Assembly: GCA_044226625.1 (NCBI GenBank)
Contig: JBGAGQ010000053.1
Location: forward strand, 1 to 47,680
DNA from: Thermoanaerobaculia bacterium
GTDB lineage: Bacteria > Acidobacteriota > Thermoanaerobaculia > Multivoradales > UBA5704
Direction of reading: 5' to 3'
Length of the DNA stretch: 47,680 bases
Below, in pieces: positions 8,845 to 17,964 of this stretch. Within the stretch, counting starts at the first letter, position 1. Each line of letters starts with the position of its first letter. A program made the position numbers and the translations under genes. Under the pieces are notes generated by a model. It worked only from the letters and a program-made list of their open reading frames with translations. It did no database searches and was not told where the DNA came from.

Positions 8845-11800
8845 GGCAGTGGGCACTTATCGAAGGGCCAAGCGCCCTCGCTATTTTTACACTGGCGAAA
8901 GCAAGCTCCGCAATCTTTCCTCGACCCGAAGAGCGGCCGATTCCAGCCCGGTTGAGTCGTGTTGACGAGGCACATCTCAAGAAGTCGCAAACAGGTATCT
9001 CGAATCTTACACTGCTCACAGCTCCTTCGCTCATTCCACCAATCAGCCACCGTCACACCTGCCGCCGTGGCGCTGACGACTGTTACTGTCAAAACGATCG
9101 CTTCTTCCAGGGCAGCGACCAGAGGGGGAATCAAGCAAGCAAGCGGAAGTACCCGTCCGTCAGGATCGTAGGAGGACAGCGGGTTTTGTACCGCGTAACC
9201 ATAGGACATTTCGAACTTCGGATTGCCCGCACGGACTAGAGAGTTGACGTACGCTTCGGTTTGGGTAAACCCCGTCGGCGGCTCAACGCCCCTGAACAAG
9301 CTTAGTGACAGCGGGTCCGGCGCCGTGTACCGCCCGGTCGCCGAGTCGTACCAGCGGTGCAGGTTGTAGCTGAAGTCGGCGAATTTCGAGAAGCCGTACC
9401 ATTGGTTATCCTGCCATTGGCCAGGGAAACGGTGGTAGCTCTTGAGCTTCTGCGCGCTCGAGAAGCTGTCGCCGCCGAAGGGATCGAAACCACCGGTCCA
9501 GGTCACTGCTCCGGCCGCGTCCGTTGCCACGACCGGGGTGTTCAGGTGGTCGGTCGTGTAAAAGCGCAATAGCGTCTGCGGCGTGCCGTTGTTGACCACC
9601 TTCTCAAGGCTCGCCAGGGGCCGGCCGCCGAAGTCGAAGAACCAGGTGTCGCTGGTGAAGACTCCCCCACCGCGAAGATCGTGACGATGGAAGAGCTGAC
9701 CTTCGCTGCCGTACGTGGCGGTGACCGCATCGGCTCCGCCATTGTTGCTCAGCTGGGCGAGGAAACCCCGGCCGTCGTACGAGTTGAGGCCTTGGATGCC
9801 TAGCTGGCGTAGGTTCCTCGCGTCATCCCAGGTCAGCTGGAGCGTGTTGGCACTCGTCAGGTTGCCGATGGCATCGTAACCGTAGGCAATCGCGCCGCGG
9901 GTGGCGAGTTTCGGGGTGTTCTGCGGCGGCGCTCCCTGTTGAACGTAGGTGTAATTCTGGAGCGCCCCGTTCTTGGTCTCGGAAAGCCGGTTGCCAATCT
10001 TGTCGTAGCTCCAGCTCCAGTTCCCCCAAGGACCGACCCCGCTCGTGAGGAAGTACAGAGAATCCAGGTAGGTGTAGGTGCGACTGGAGGCAGGGGTGAG
10101 GAGGTCCGAAATCGCCGTCGGGTTGCCCAGCTTGTCGGTCGCATAGCTCCAAGACAAGCGTCCGGGCAGCTGGATCGTCTGCGGGAAGTAGCGCGTCGTG
10201 TAGGTCCTCTGCTCAGCCAGACCATTCCCGAGGGAAAGACTCGCGAGCGGACCGAACGGCTCGTAGACGGCGTTCAGTGCGAGCGGCTGCGGCGGGTTCG
10301 CACCGTCGAGAAGTGTCAAAGAACGGGGGCGGTCGGCGAAATCGAACGTCTGCTGGGCCTGGACCCCCAGCGGGTAGGTCAAAGTCGTGCGGTTGCCGTT
10401 GGCATCGAGCTGGTAGCTCATCGCGCCGTCCTGAGTAATACGACCGAACCGATCGTAGGCGTAGTTTATGACCGAGTTGGGGCGCGCGACCGAAATCAAC
10501 CGCCCGACGTTGAAGCTCGTGGGCGAGGTGCCGTAGGTAAATGTCGTTTGGAGCGCCGGATCGGGATACTGGATCAGGGTCACACGGTCGGCGCCGTCCA
10601 CGGTGCGGGTAACCGTGACCGGCCGGGCGTCCGTTTCCTGCGTCATTTGTCCGTGCGGGTTGTAGGCGTAGGTCGAGGAGGCGGCGACCGGCGAGCTCTG
10701 GGCGGTCATCAGGCCGCGATCCGAGGTGGTGGCGGTCGTCACGTTGGCGTTGGCGTCGGTGATCCTCGTGAGATGGTCCTGAACGTCGTATTCGTACTGA
10801 GTGATCGCCGTCCCACCACCCGCCCCGGCCCACGGCTGAGCGACCGACGTCAGGCGATTCAACTCGTCGTAGGCGTAGGCCTGGGTCGGAACCGGATTCG
10901 TTGCGACTGGGTGGTTCGCGTCCCAGACCTTCTCGAGGTTGCCCGCGCAGTCGTAGCGGTACTCGGTGCTCGATCCGTCGGGGTGATCCACCCGATCGAG
11001 ATGGCAACGGGACGAGTAAGTGAATTCGGACGAGGACCGAGTCTCCCAGGCCGTGCCGTTCCAGCGCTGGAGCTCTTCCTTCGTCCGCTGCCCCACCGGG
11101 TTCAAGGTGTAGAGCGTACGTTCGCCGGGCGAGGCGGCGTTGGGCTTTCGCTCGACCGTGACCATGCGCCCCGCCGAGTCGTAGCCGTATTCGACGACAT
11201 TGCCCGCGGGAAGAGTGGTGCGTTTCAGGTCGCCGAACGGCGTGTACTCGTAGGTGGTGAGAAGATCGCCGACGGAGCCGCTGCCCTCTTGGCGGACTGA
11301 CAGGACTCGGTTCAAAAGGTCGTATTGCGTCTCGGTCCCTACGCCGTTCGCGTCGACCGTACGGATCCTGCGATTCCAGCCGTCGTACTCGAATCCGGTA
11401 ACGCCGAGGTCGAGCGGGTCCGTCCGCGAATCGGCGATCAAACCGTTCCGGCCGGGAACGTCGTAGGAGAACTGGGTCGCGTCCACGGAGCCGAAACCGG
11501 GAGGATCGATCGTCAACGGCTGCCCGGCGGAATTGTAGACCGTTGCAGTTTCGATCAGGAACGCGCTGCCGGCTTCTACTCCCTGCAACCGGCGCGTCAT
11601 GATATTGCCATGAGCATCAAGAAGATGGGTCTCGACCCGTTGTGCCCCGCCGCCCGCAGTAGAAGGTTGCGCCATCGACGTCATCAGCGCCGGAAAGGCC
11701 GACGAAAAGCTGTAAGTCGTCTCGCGCTGCTTTGAAGTGCCGACGGCCTCGCGGCGAGCGGTCATCTGACCGTTGCCGTCGTAGTCCATCTCGGTCCTGA

Positions 11801-13553
11801 GGTTGCGGCCGTCGAACATCACGGTTGGCCGCATCGGGTTCGCGGCGTCCCCATAGACGAACCGTGAGTTCGGTCCGGAGGTACAGGTCGGGCAGTCGCC
11901 AGTGATCTTCAGTGGCTTTGGTTTGGTGGTACCGCTGTCACGGTCGAGCTCAAAGGTATTGGCCACGCCGAAAGCGTCCGTGGCGGTGGTCGCCTTCGGC
12001 TGAACCACGTCGTCGAAGGCGAGAGCCCAACGATCGACACCACCGGCGAAGGTCGACGCGCCTCGCCAGGTGCGGGCGACATTGCCCGAACCGTCGTACT
12101 CCCACACTCCCTCGATTCTCCGGGACGAATCGGTGCCCACCAGCTCCAGCTGGGTCAGATAGCCTGGAAAGGTCGCGTTGCCGTAGGTCATCTCCCAGGC
12201 GGTGCCGTCCGGGCGACCGATCCGAGTCAAATCGAGACCGGACCAGGTATAGGTCCAGGTTCGCGTAGGCGCCGGACCGGGCGGAGTCGCGACGCCGACC
12301 TCGGTGATGGTTTGCAGCCGGCCGTTGACGTCGTATCCGAACGTCTCGCTGCGACCGTCGGGAAACTGCACCGAGTCGAGGCGGGTGCCGGTGTACTGGG
12401 CCGTCTTCGCGTTGCCGTTGCGATCGGTCGTGGAGAGCCATAGCCCGCCGGTCCCAAAGAGATGGACCGTGCCGTCGAGCTCGGTCAGCTCCCAACCTCC
12501 GGAACCGAGGCGACGCAGCCGGCGCTTCTCGTCGCCGGGCTGGCGGGTGGCATAAATCCCAGACGGAACGTCGAGGTCATAGAACTCCCGGAACGTGCCG
12601 AACCGCGTGAGCAGCCAAACGTGAGACTGATCCGCGGTGTCCGAGACGATCCGTTGCGCGTAGTCATGCGCCCAATAGCGTCCAAGCGAAGCGTTCCAGG
12701 CAGGTGAGCCGGGGAAATTCGGATGGCCCACGCCCCGGGCAAGGTAGCGGAGCTGAGCTCCTGGGCCGCTTGAAGGCGGTGCGATACCTGGCGGACCGCC
12801 GCCAACGCTCGTTCCCCCGCCAGGCCCGGTGCACGTGGAACAGCTCTGATCGTCCGGACACCCGTTTTCCGGCGGGCAACCCAGCAGTGCCATGAGCTTT
12901 GGGACCGAAAGATCGAGGTTCTCGACGTCGAGCCGTTTTTCGCAGGGACTCGTCGCGCACGAATTGCCAGGAGGCGGAAGGCTCTGACCTCCTGCCAGCC
13001 GGTAGCAGCTATAGGCGGAGAAGGAATAGACCCCCGCGCCTTGGGCCTGACGCAAACTGTTACATGTCAGGCTGCCCAGAGTCAGATAGGTTTCGCCGCG
13101 GTCGTGCAGGAGCTCTGCTCCGAGAGGTCCGCACTGACCGACGAAGTCGCAGCTCCCGGCATTGCAGGGCACTGTGGGTTGGGCATGTTTGAACCAGTAG
13201 ACCTGGGGGTGGGTGCCAATGAATGTGTTCTGGGCGCTTCCAGGGAACTTCAGACCGACTCGTACGGTGACCGTACAGCTCTGGCTAGTCCCCTGGCATC
13301 CCGGAGGCGAAACCTCGTAGACGGGGCCTGTAACCTTCTCTGGGCAGTAACAGTTGAAGAAATTTTGGCAATTCGGAGATCGCGACTCGTCGCTCAACAA
13401 GTCGACGAGGTAAGAGATCGAGGCGCCGGGCGGATTGCCGCAGATCTGCGGTTGGGCGATGCCCGGGGCAGCTACCAGCAAGCCGCTGAATGCGACGCGC
13501 ATGAGGATCCAGCGGTGAGCCTTCAAATGGGACGAGCCGGCGCCTGGGAACAT
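8841..13553 (-). CDS. Rhs/YD-repeat polymorphic toxin with Sec signal, Cys-rich N-terminal domain and Cys-rich C-terminal toxin
   Basis: Many YD repeats. Rhs core end YNLHRWYDSATGRYTAPDP...YAVQNPLSSYDPDGR. Signal-like VAFSGLLVAAPGIAQ. No PAAR or VgrG motif seen. Confidence 0.95.
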   Translation of the reverse strand: MFPGAGSSHLKAHRWILMRVAFSGLLVAAPGIAQPQICGNPPGASISYLVDLLSDESRSPNCQNFFNCYCPEKVTGPVYEVSPPGCQGTSQSCTVTVRVGLKFPGSAQNTFIGTHPQVYWFKHAQPTVPCNAGSCDFVGQCGPLGAELLHDRGETYLTLGSLTCNSLRQAQGAGVYSFSAYSCYRLAGGQSLPPPGNSCATSPCEKRLDVENLDLSVPKLMALLGCPPENGCPDDQSCSTCTGPGGGTSVGGGPPGIAPPSSGPGAQLRYLARGVGHPNFPGSPAWNASLGRYWAHDYAQRIVSDTADQSHVWLLTRFGTFREFYDLDVPSGIYATRQPGDEKRRLRRLGSGGWELTELDGTVHLFGTGGLWLSTTDRNGNAKTAQYTGTRLDSVQFPDGRSETFGYDVNGRLQTITEVGVATPPGPAPTRTWTYTWSGLDLTRIGRPDGTAWEMTYGNATFPGYLTQLELVGTDSSRRIEGVWEYDGSGNVARTWRGASTFAGGVDRWALAFDDVVQPKATTATDAFGVANTFELDRDSGTTKPKPLKITGDCPTCTSGPNSRFVYGDAANPMRPTVMFDGRNLRTEMDYDGNGQMTARREAVGTSKQRETTYSFSSAFPALMTSMAQPSTAGGGAQRVETHLLDAHGNIMTRRLQGVEAGSAFLIETATVYNSAGQPLTIDPPGFGSVDATQFSYDVPGRNGLIADSRTDPLDLGVTGFEYDGWNRRIRTVDANGVGTETQYDLLNRVLSVRQEGSGSVGDLLTTYEYTPFGDLKRTTLPAGNVVEYGYDSAGRMVTVERKPNAASPGERTLYTLNPVGQRTKEELQRWNGTAWETRSSSEFTYSSRCHLDRVDHPDGSSTEYRYDCAGNLEKVWDANHPVATNPVPTQAYAYDELNRLTSVAQPWAGAGGGTAITQYEYDVQDHLTRITDANANVTTATTSDRGLMTAQSSPVAASSTYAYNPHGQMTQETDARPVTVTRTVDGADRVTLIQYPDPALQTTFTYGTSPTSFNVGRLISVARPNSVINYAYDRFGRITQDGAMSYQLDANGNRTTLTYPLGVQAQQTFDFADRPRSLTLLDGANPPQPLALNAVYEPFGPLASLSLGNGLAEQRTYTTRYFPQTIQLPGRLSWSYATDKLGNPTAISDLLTPASSRTYTYLDSLYFLTSGVGPWGNWSWSYDKIGNRLSETKNGALQNYTYVQQGAPPQNTPKLATRGAIAYGYDAIGNLTSANTLQLTWDDARNLRQLGIQGLNSYDGRGFLAQLSNNGGADAVTATYGSEGQLFHRHDLRGGGVFTSDTWFFDFGGRPLASLEKVVNNGTPQTLLRFYTTDHLNTPVVATDAAGAVTWTGGFDPFGGDSFSSAQKLKSYHRFPGQWQDNQWYGFSKFADFSYNLHRWYDSATGRYTAPDPLSLSLFRGVEPPTGFTQTEAYVNSLVRAGNPKFEMSYGYAVQNPLSSYDPDGRVLPLACLIPPLVAALEEAIVLTVTVVSATAAGVTVADWWNERRSCEQCKIRDTCLRLLEMCLVNTTQPGWNRPLFGSRKDCGACFRQCKNSEGAWPFDKCPLP
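9311..10536. repeat. Direct repeat copy B (1226 bp) of the Rhs core; partner is 6365..7590
   Basis: Same end points as copy A: the YTAPDP codons and the YGTSPTS codons. Confidence 0.95.
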
Positions 13554-13997
13554 GTTAGCCCTCCATGCTTCACATTACTACGGATGAATCCGAAGTTCCG
13601 TCACGGCAAGCCATTCGGCTACCCTCGGATTCGCCCGAATCGCTCGCGGAACGGCTCCGCACACAGGGGAGTCCGGCCGCCTGGTCCTCCTCCCGTGAGA
13701 TCGCAATCGGGAGTTTCCAGTTCCCGCCAAAGACCCGTAGTCAGCTGAGGTTTGGGCGAAGGCTACGGTCGCTACCCCTACGTCGTCCTCCCTTCGCGCG
13801 CCTTACATCCACCGGCACCTCTTCCGACTCGCTACGAAACCCGTTGAGAAATTCGGGCTAGGGCGCTTGGCAGAGATGCTCCGCCATTCCCTCGTGCCCA
13901 GTCGCGCGGCAGGGCCACTCACTTCATTGAAGAGAAGCCGCTGATTCTTGCGCTTAGCTTTGGAGCATGAGATCGTCCCCTAAACAAGGAAGCTCTC

Positions 13998-14324
13998 ATG
14001 CGGAATCGAACCCTTCTCGCGTTCATTCTCGGTCTGGCGGTTGCAATCGCAGCTCCCGGGAGCGCAAAAGCTTGCAACGAATGCGACGTCAATGCCCAGA
14101 ACATCGATTTCTGCCGGCCTGTGTTCGACAACGAGGTCGGCGCCACGGTTTGTGAGGCGGCCCCAGGGTACTGCAACCTTTCGGGGAGCGCCTGTTCTGA
14201 AATCACCGTCGGCGGCGGGGGATCCGGCGGCTCGGGTGGTGGTGGCGGAGGGTGCAATACGAGCTCGGGTTTCTGCCCTGCGGCATGTTTCAGTTGCTCG
14301 GGCGGTGGCCGCCCTCGCATCTGA
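13998..14324 (+). CDS. Small secreted Cys-rich protein (10 Cys, Gly linker)
   Basis: RBS-like aaggaag upstream, signal peptide ending AKA-C, a 6-Cys block, a GGGGSGGSGGGGGG linker and a 4-Cys block. Confidence 0.85.
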   Translation: MRNRTLLAFILGLAVAIAAPGSAKACNECDVNAQNIDFCRPVFDNEVGATVCEAAPGYCNLSGSACSEITVGGGGSGGSGGGGGGCNTSSGFCPAACFSCSGGGRPRI

Positions 14325-16630
14325 TGAAGCATCCGCTCTTGTGGCTGGTCCTCGCTCTCGCCACCGCTCCGGCGCAGGCTCTGGAGGACCGACCTAAGGA
14401 TGAGAACCCGGTAGCGGTCCGGTTCGAGATTTCGTCGCGGTCGCCAAGTCCGGCGGCCCCGGCCGGTCGCCTGAAACTCACTCAGGTCGGCCTTCCGAGC
14501 GACTCCCCCATGGAGATCTCAGAGCGCCTTACCGCTGGGAAGCCGATCGAAGTCCAGCTCATGCCGGGCACGGCCTGGATGGCCGAGGTGGAAGCCTTGG
14601 GATTCTGGGTGCGCCGCACCGCGTTCTCGGTCGCTTCGGCGAAACCTCAAGTTCTTCGTCTGGAAGCCTGGCCGCTCGGTGAAATTTTTGGGCGCCTTTC
14701 CGCGGCCGAAAAGACCGCGCTGCCCAAGAAGTTGATCGTCACGACCCTCCCATCTCGGAATTCGAAAAAAAGCGAGACGCCCCCAAAGGGGGAAATCGAA
14801 TGCCCTATCGACTCGGTCGGACGCTTTCGTTGCGATCTACCCGCGGCGGAGTACGACCTGTCTCTCTTGGCGGAGCCCTTCGTTCCCCTTTACGCCTGGG
14901 ACGTCGACGTCATGGCGGGCAAAGCGACCGACCTCAAGACCTTGACCCTTCGACGCGGTACCTCCCTTGCGGGATGGGTGGAAGGGAACGCAGGCAGCGC
15001 GATCGATCTGCAGACTTGCCGCGTCATCCTCACTCCTCTGCCGGCCGCGGGGATCGGGAACCTCGGCGAGGCCGAGAAGCTTTCGTCAATGCAAAGGCAA
15101 GTCCTCGTCAATCCTCGCGGCTTCTTTCAATTCGTGGGCATCGAGCCCGGGGTGTACAGCGTCGAGGTGGATCAGGGCAAAGCGTTCGCCGAGCCGCGAG
15201 GCCCCATTCGGGTCGTGGCAGGCGAGGAGACTTACCTTTCCGAGCCCTTCGTCCTCGAAGCGCCGTTCGATCTCGAGCTCTTCGTCGATCCACCGCGAGA
15301 CCGGCACGGGCACGCATGGACGGTCGAAGTCGAAAGGGCTCTGGGTCGCGATTTTCGAACCGAAACCGTCTACCAGGGCAGGACTTCCGACGACGGAGAA
15401 GCGCGGGTCGCGCACCAGCGAGCCGGCCGATACACGGTGCGGATCTACGACTCGACAGGTCAAAAAATGCTCACGGAGTCCGACCTCGCCTTCGATCCCT
15501 CGACTGGAGGGCGGCGCGTGTTCGAGATCCGTTGGATCGAAGTGGAGGGAAAAGTTCTCCTCGGGAAGGCCCCCCTCCGCGCCGCGCTTTGGTTTGGCGG
15601 CCGCCATGGTCTTACCTCGGTCCGATTCGACAGCGACGATGAGGGGCGGTTCGAAGGCTCCCTGCCGCGCGGCGGGCACTGGCTGATCGAGATCGAGGCG
15701 GCAGAACCTCACGCCATCCTAGAAGCGCATCGCACCCTGGATCCGAAGAGCGGACACGCCGAGATCGAGATCACGATTCCCGCGACACGGATTTTCGGCC
15801 GCGTCGTCGGTGCAAAGGGCCGACCGGAAGACAAGGCGATCGTCTCGGTGGTCGAACAGAGCGGCGCGAACCAATGGCTCATGACGGACGCCTCCGGCCA
15901 GTTCGAGTTTCGGGGTATCGCTCCAGGCTCGCTGAGTTTGGGAGCCGAATCGCGTGGCAACGGAGGAGGCGCGACGGAGCAGAGTCTGAGCCTCGCCGAG
16001 GACGGAGAGGTAGGTCCGATCGAGCTCAAGCTCAAGGAACAGGCGCTCTTTCTCGGGCGGGTTCTATCCTCGCGAGGGCTCGAAGAGGGCGCCGCCGTCA
16101 CCGTCGCAGGTGCGCGTCCCGCGCGCTACGGATTCGGCTCCGGCCGCAGCGCAAAGGACGGCGGCTTCGAGGTCCGGCTTCCCGCCGGGGTGGAGAGCGC
16201 CGTGGCGGCGGTGGGGGTCCTCGGCTCGTCGCTCACGGCGTTTGAGATGCGGCCCGGTCAGAAAGCGGATCTGGTGATCTCCGAGGTCGGCGGCATGGTC
16301 GAGGTCGACCTCGGCACGAACCTCGGTCGGCACCTCACGGAGCAGGACGCCTGGATCATGCTGTTCCAGAACGGCCTGGAGTTGCCGAGTCCAGCGCTCG
16401 GCGCCTGGGTTCGCACTCACCGGGCCGCACCCTCGAACGGAACGACGACGAGCTACCCGAACCTGGCACCCGCGGAGTACACGGCTTGTCTGGTTCCGCT
16501 TTCGGCACGACTCGACATGACCCGCGACGGCTGGTCGCCGGACCTTGCGATCGAATGCCGAACGGGAACGCTCGCGGCCGGGGAGACTTTGCGACTTGCG
16601 TTCGAGGGTGGCGCCGAGTCGAATCGATAG
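14324..16630 (+). CDS. Secreted protein with multiple carboxypeptidase-regulatory-like (prealbumin-fold) repeats
   Basis: TGATG overlap with the upstream gene. Signal MKHPLLWLVLALATAPAQA. Repeated GxV...(T/S)DxxGxF...PGxY units. Confidence 0.85.
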   Translation: MKHPLLWLVLALATAPAQALEDRPKDENPVAVRFEISSRSPSPAAPAGRLKLTQVGLPSDSPMEISERLTAGKPIEVQLMPGTAWMAEVEALGFWVRRTAFSVASAKPQVLRLEAWPLGEIFGRLSAAEKTALPKKLIVTTLPSRNSKKSETPPKGEIECPIDSVGRFRCDLPAAEYDLSLLAEPFVPLYAWDVDVMAGKATDLKTLTLRRGTSLAGWVEGNAGSAIDLQTCRVILTPLPAAGIGNLGEAEKLSSMQRQVLVNPRGFFQFVGIEPGVYSVEVDQGKAFAEPRGPIRVVAGEETYLSEPFVLEAPFDLELFVDPPRDRHGHAWTVEVERALGRDFRTETVYQGRTSDDGEARVAHQRAGRYTVRIYDSTGQKMLTESDLAFDPSTGGRRVFEIRWIEVEGKVLLGKAPLRAALWFGGRHGLTSVRFDSDDEGRFEGSLPRGGHWLIEIEAAEPHAILEAHRTLDPKSGHAEIEITIPATRIFGRVVGAKGRPEDKAIVSVVEQSGANQWLMTDASGQFEFRGIAPGSLSLGAESRGNGGGATEQSLSLAEDGEVGPIELKLKEQALFLGRVLSSRGLEEGAAVTVAGARPARYGFGSGRSAKDGGFEVRLPAGVESAVAAVGVLGSSLTAFEMRPGQKADLVISEVGGMVEVDLGTNLGRHLTEQDAWIMLFQNGLELPSPALGAWVRTHRAAPSNGTTTSYPNLAPAEYTACLVPLSARLDMTRDGWSPDLAIECRTGTLAAGETLRLAFEGGAESNR

Positions 16631-16758
16631 CTGCTGGTCTTGAGGCCAGAGATCACAGCCGCGGAATCGGCTCGCCCCCGGCGGAGCCGGAGGCGTCGAA
16701 CCGATACCCGCGGCTCTGGAACCAGGCGATCGATGCTGGCCCAGAAGCGGAAACAAAC

Positions 16759-17154
16759 TCAGTTTGCCAGGCGTCCGCCAATCTCCAATCCGGGGTTCAA
16801 CGGCCTCAGGCGCCGCTCTAGGTCGGCGATCTTTTCGCCGAGGTCGGCCGCGAGGACTTCGAGCGCCAGGCAGAGCCGCTCGTCCTCTTCGGTCACGATG
16901 GAGGTCCACCGGGTCGCGGCGAGAGCCAAGAGCGCCTGTTGCGTATGAAAGAGGTCGGAAACACCGGCGCGCGAACAGGCTTGAAGCCACGGCTCTCCGC
17001 CGCCCACGCCCAACTCCTCCTCCAAGGCTTTTTCGGCCAGAGCCTCACAGGCGTCTTCCAGGCGTCGACGCAGCTCGGGCCGGGTGAAATGAACCATCAC
17101 GGACTCGCGCCACGGCGCCATTTCCGCCCAGCGGCGCTTGGAGCCGCTGCTCAC
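16759..17154 (-). CDS. Helical hypothetical protein
   Basis: 131 aa, Glu/Leu-rich. The GTG start overlaps the stop of the upstream gene (17151-17154). Confidence 0.6.
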   Translation of the reverse strand: MSSGSKRRWAEMAPWRESVMVHFTRPELRRRLEDACEALAEKALEEELGVGGGEPWLQACSRAGVSDLFHTQQALLALAATRWTSIVTEEDERLCLALEVLAADLGEKIADLERRLRPLNPGLEIGGRLAN

Positions 17155-17669
17155 TCGGGAAGCTGCCCGCTCCCTTCCGGTGCGGCCTCCCGGCGCCGGC
17201 CGAGGCGCCGCTCCAGCACGAGGGCGAAGTAGGCATCCGGCTCGAAACCGCCTCGGGCGAGGATCCGGGCAAGCACGCGAAGGCGCAGCCGGGCTCCGAC
17301 CGGCAACGGCCTGACGAGCAACAGGGCCTCCATACGAGCGGACAGCTCCGGCAGCAAGCGACCGCGCCCCTGGCGGAGAAGAACGGCACCGAGCTCCAGG
17401 AAGGCATCCGCCGACCGATAGACGTCTCCCGCCGCCCGGAAACCGCGCGCCGCGCGCCCGAAGCGCCGCGCCGCTTCCTCGAGGAGGCCGTCCTTGCGGG
17501 CTTCCTCGGCCCGCGCGAAGTCTTCCTCCGCCGCCCGCTCCAAGTCCGCCGACCTCGACCGAGAACCACCGAACGTCGGGCGCGCCGGTTTTCTTGCCGG
17601 CGCGGCGGGGGGCTCGGCGGCAGGGGCGATGGAGTCCGGAAGCCGGCCGCGGGCGGGGATCGAGCGCAT
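17151..17669 (-). CDS. Short TPR-like protein resembling the C-terminal TPR unit of the neighbouring HTH-TPR protein
   Basis: EEAARRFGRAARGFRAAGDVYRSADAFLELGAVLLRQG resembles IEEAAFRFSERDMAFDVALAILDLAALLLEAG in 17965..19389. Start at 17669 is inferred. Confidence 0.62.
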   Translation of the reverse strand: MRSIPARGRLPDSIAPAAEPPAAPARKPARPTFGGSRSRSADLERAAEEDFARAEEARKDGLLEEAARRFGRAARGFRAAGDVYRSADAFLELGAVLLRQGRGRLLPELSARMEALLLVRPLPVGARLRLRVLARILARGGFEPDAYFALVLERRLGRRREAAPEGSGQLPE

Positions 17670-17964
17670 GGCGCGCAGGGTAAACGTGAAGGTCTTCTCT
17701 AGGCGCCGAAGCGGCGCGATCGAAGACGCAGTTCCCGAATCCGACAACCTTCTTGGGGCGAAAGCCGAGGGGACGTCACCGACGATGGGGAGGACCAGCG
17801 AGACGAGGGCTCGGTCTCCCCTCGGCGAGAGCCTCGACGGCCTGCGCCGCGCAAGGCGAAACCTGGTTTCCGATCCGCGCCGCGGTCGGCGCGGCCCGCC
17901 GGCCGCTTGTCCCGAAAAGCGATTCAGCGGCAACAGGATCTATGGAAGATCCCAAGGAGATTCG

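Noticed and set aside
6365-10536. DGR template/variable repeat pair
   Set aside because: Differences are not adenine-specific, the repeat is 1.2 kb of Rhs core, and no reverse transcriptase is present. The same applies to the 193-bp decarboxylase repeat.
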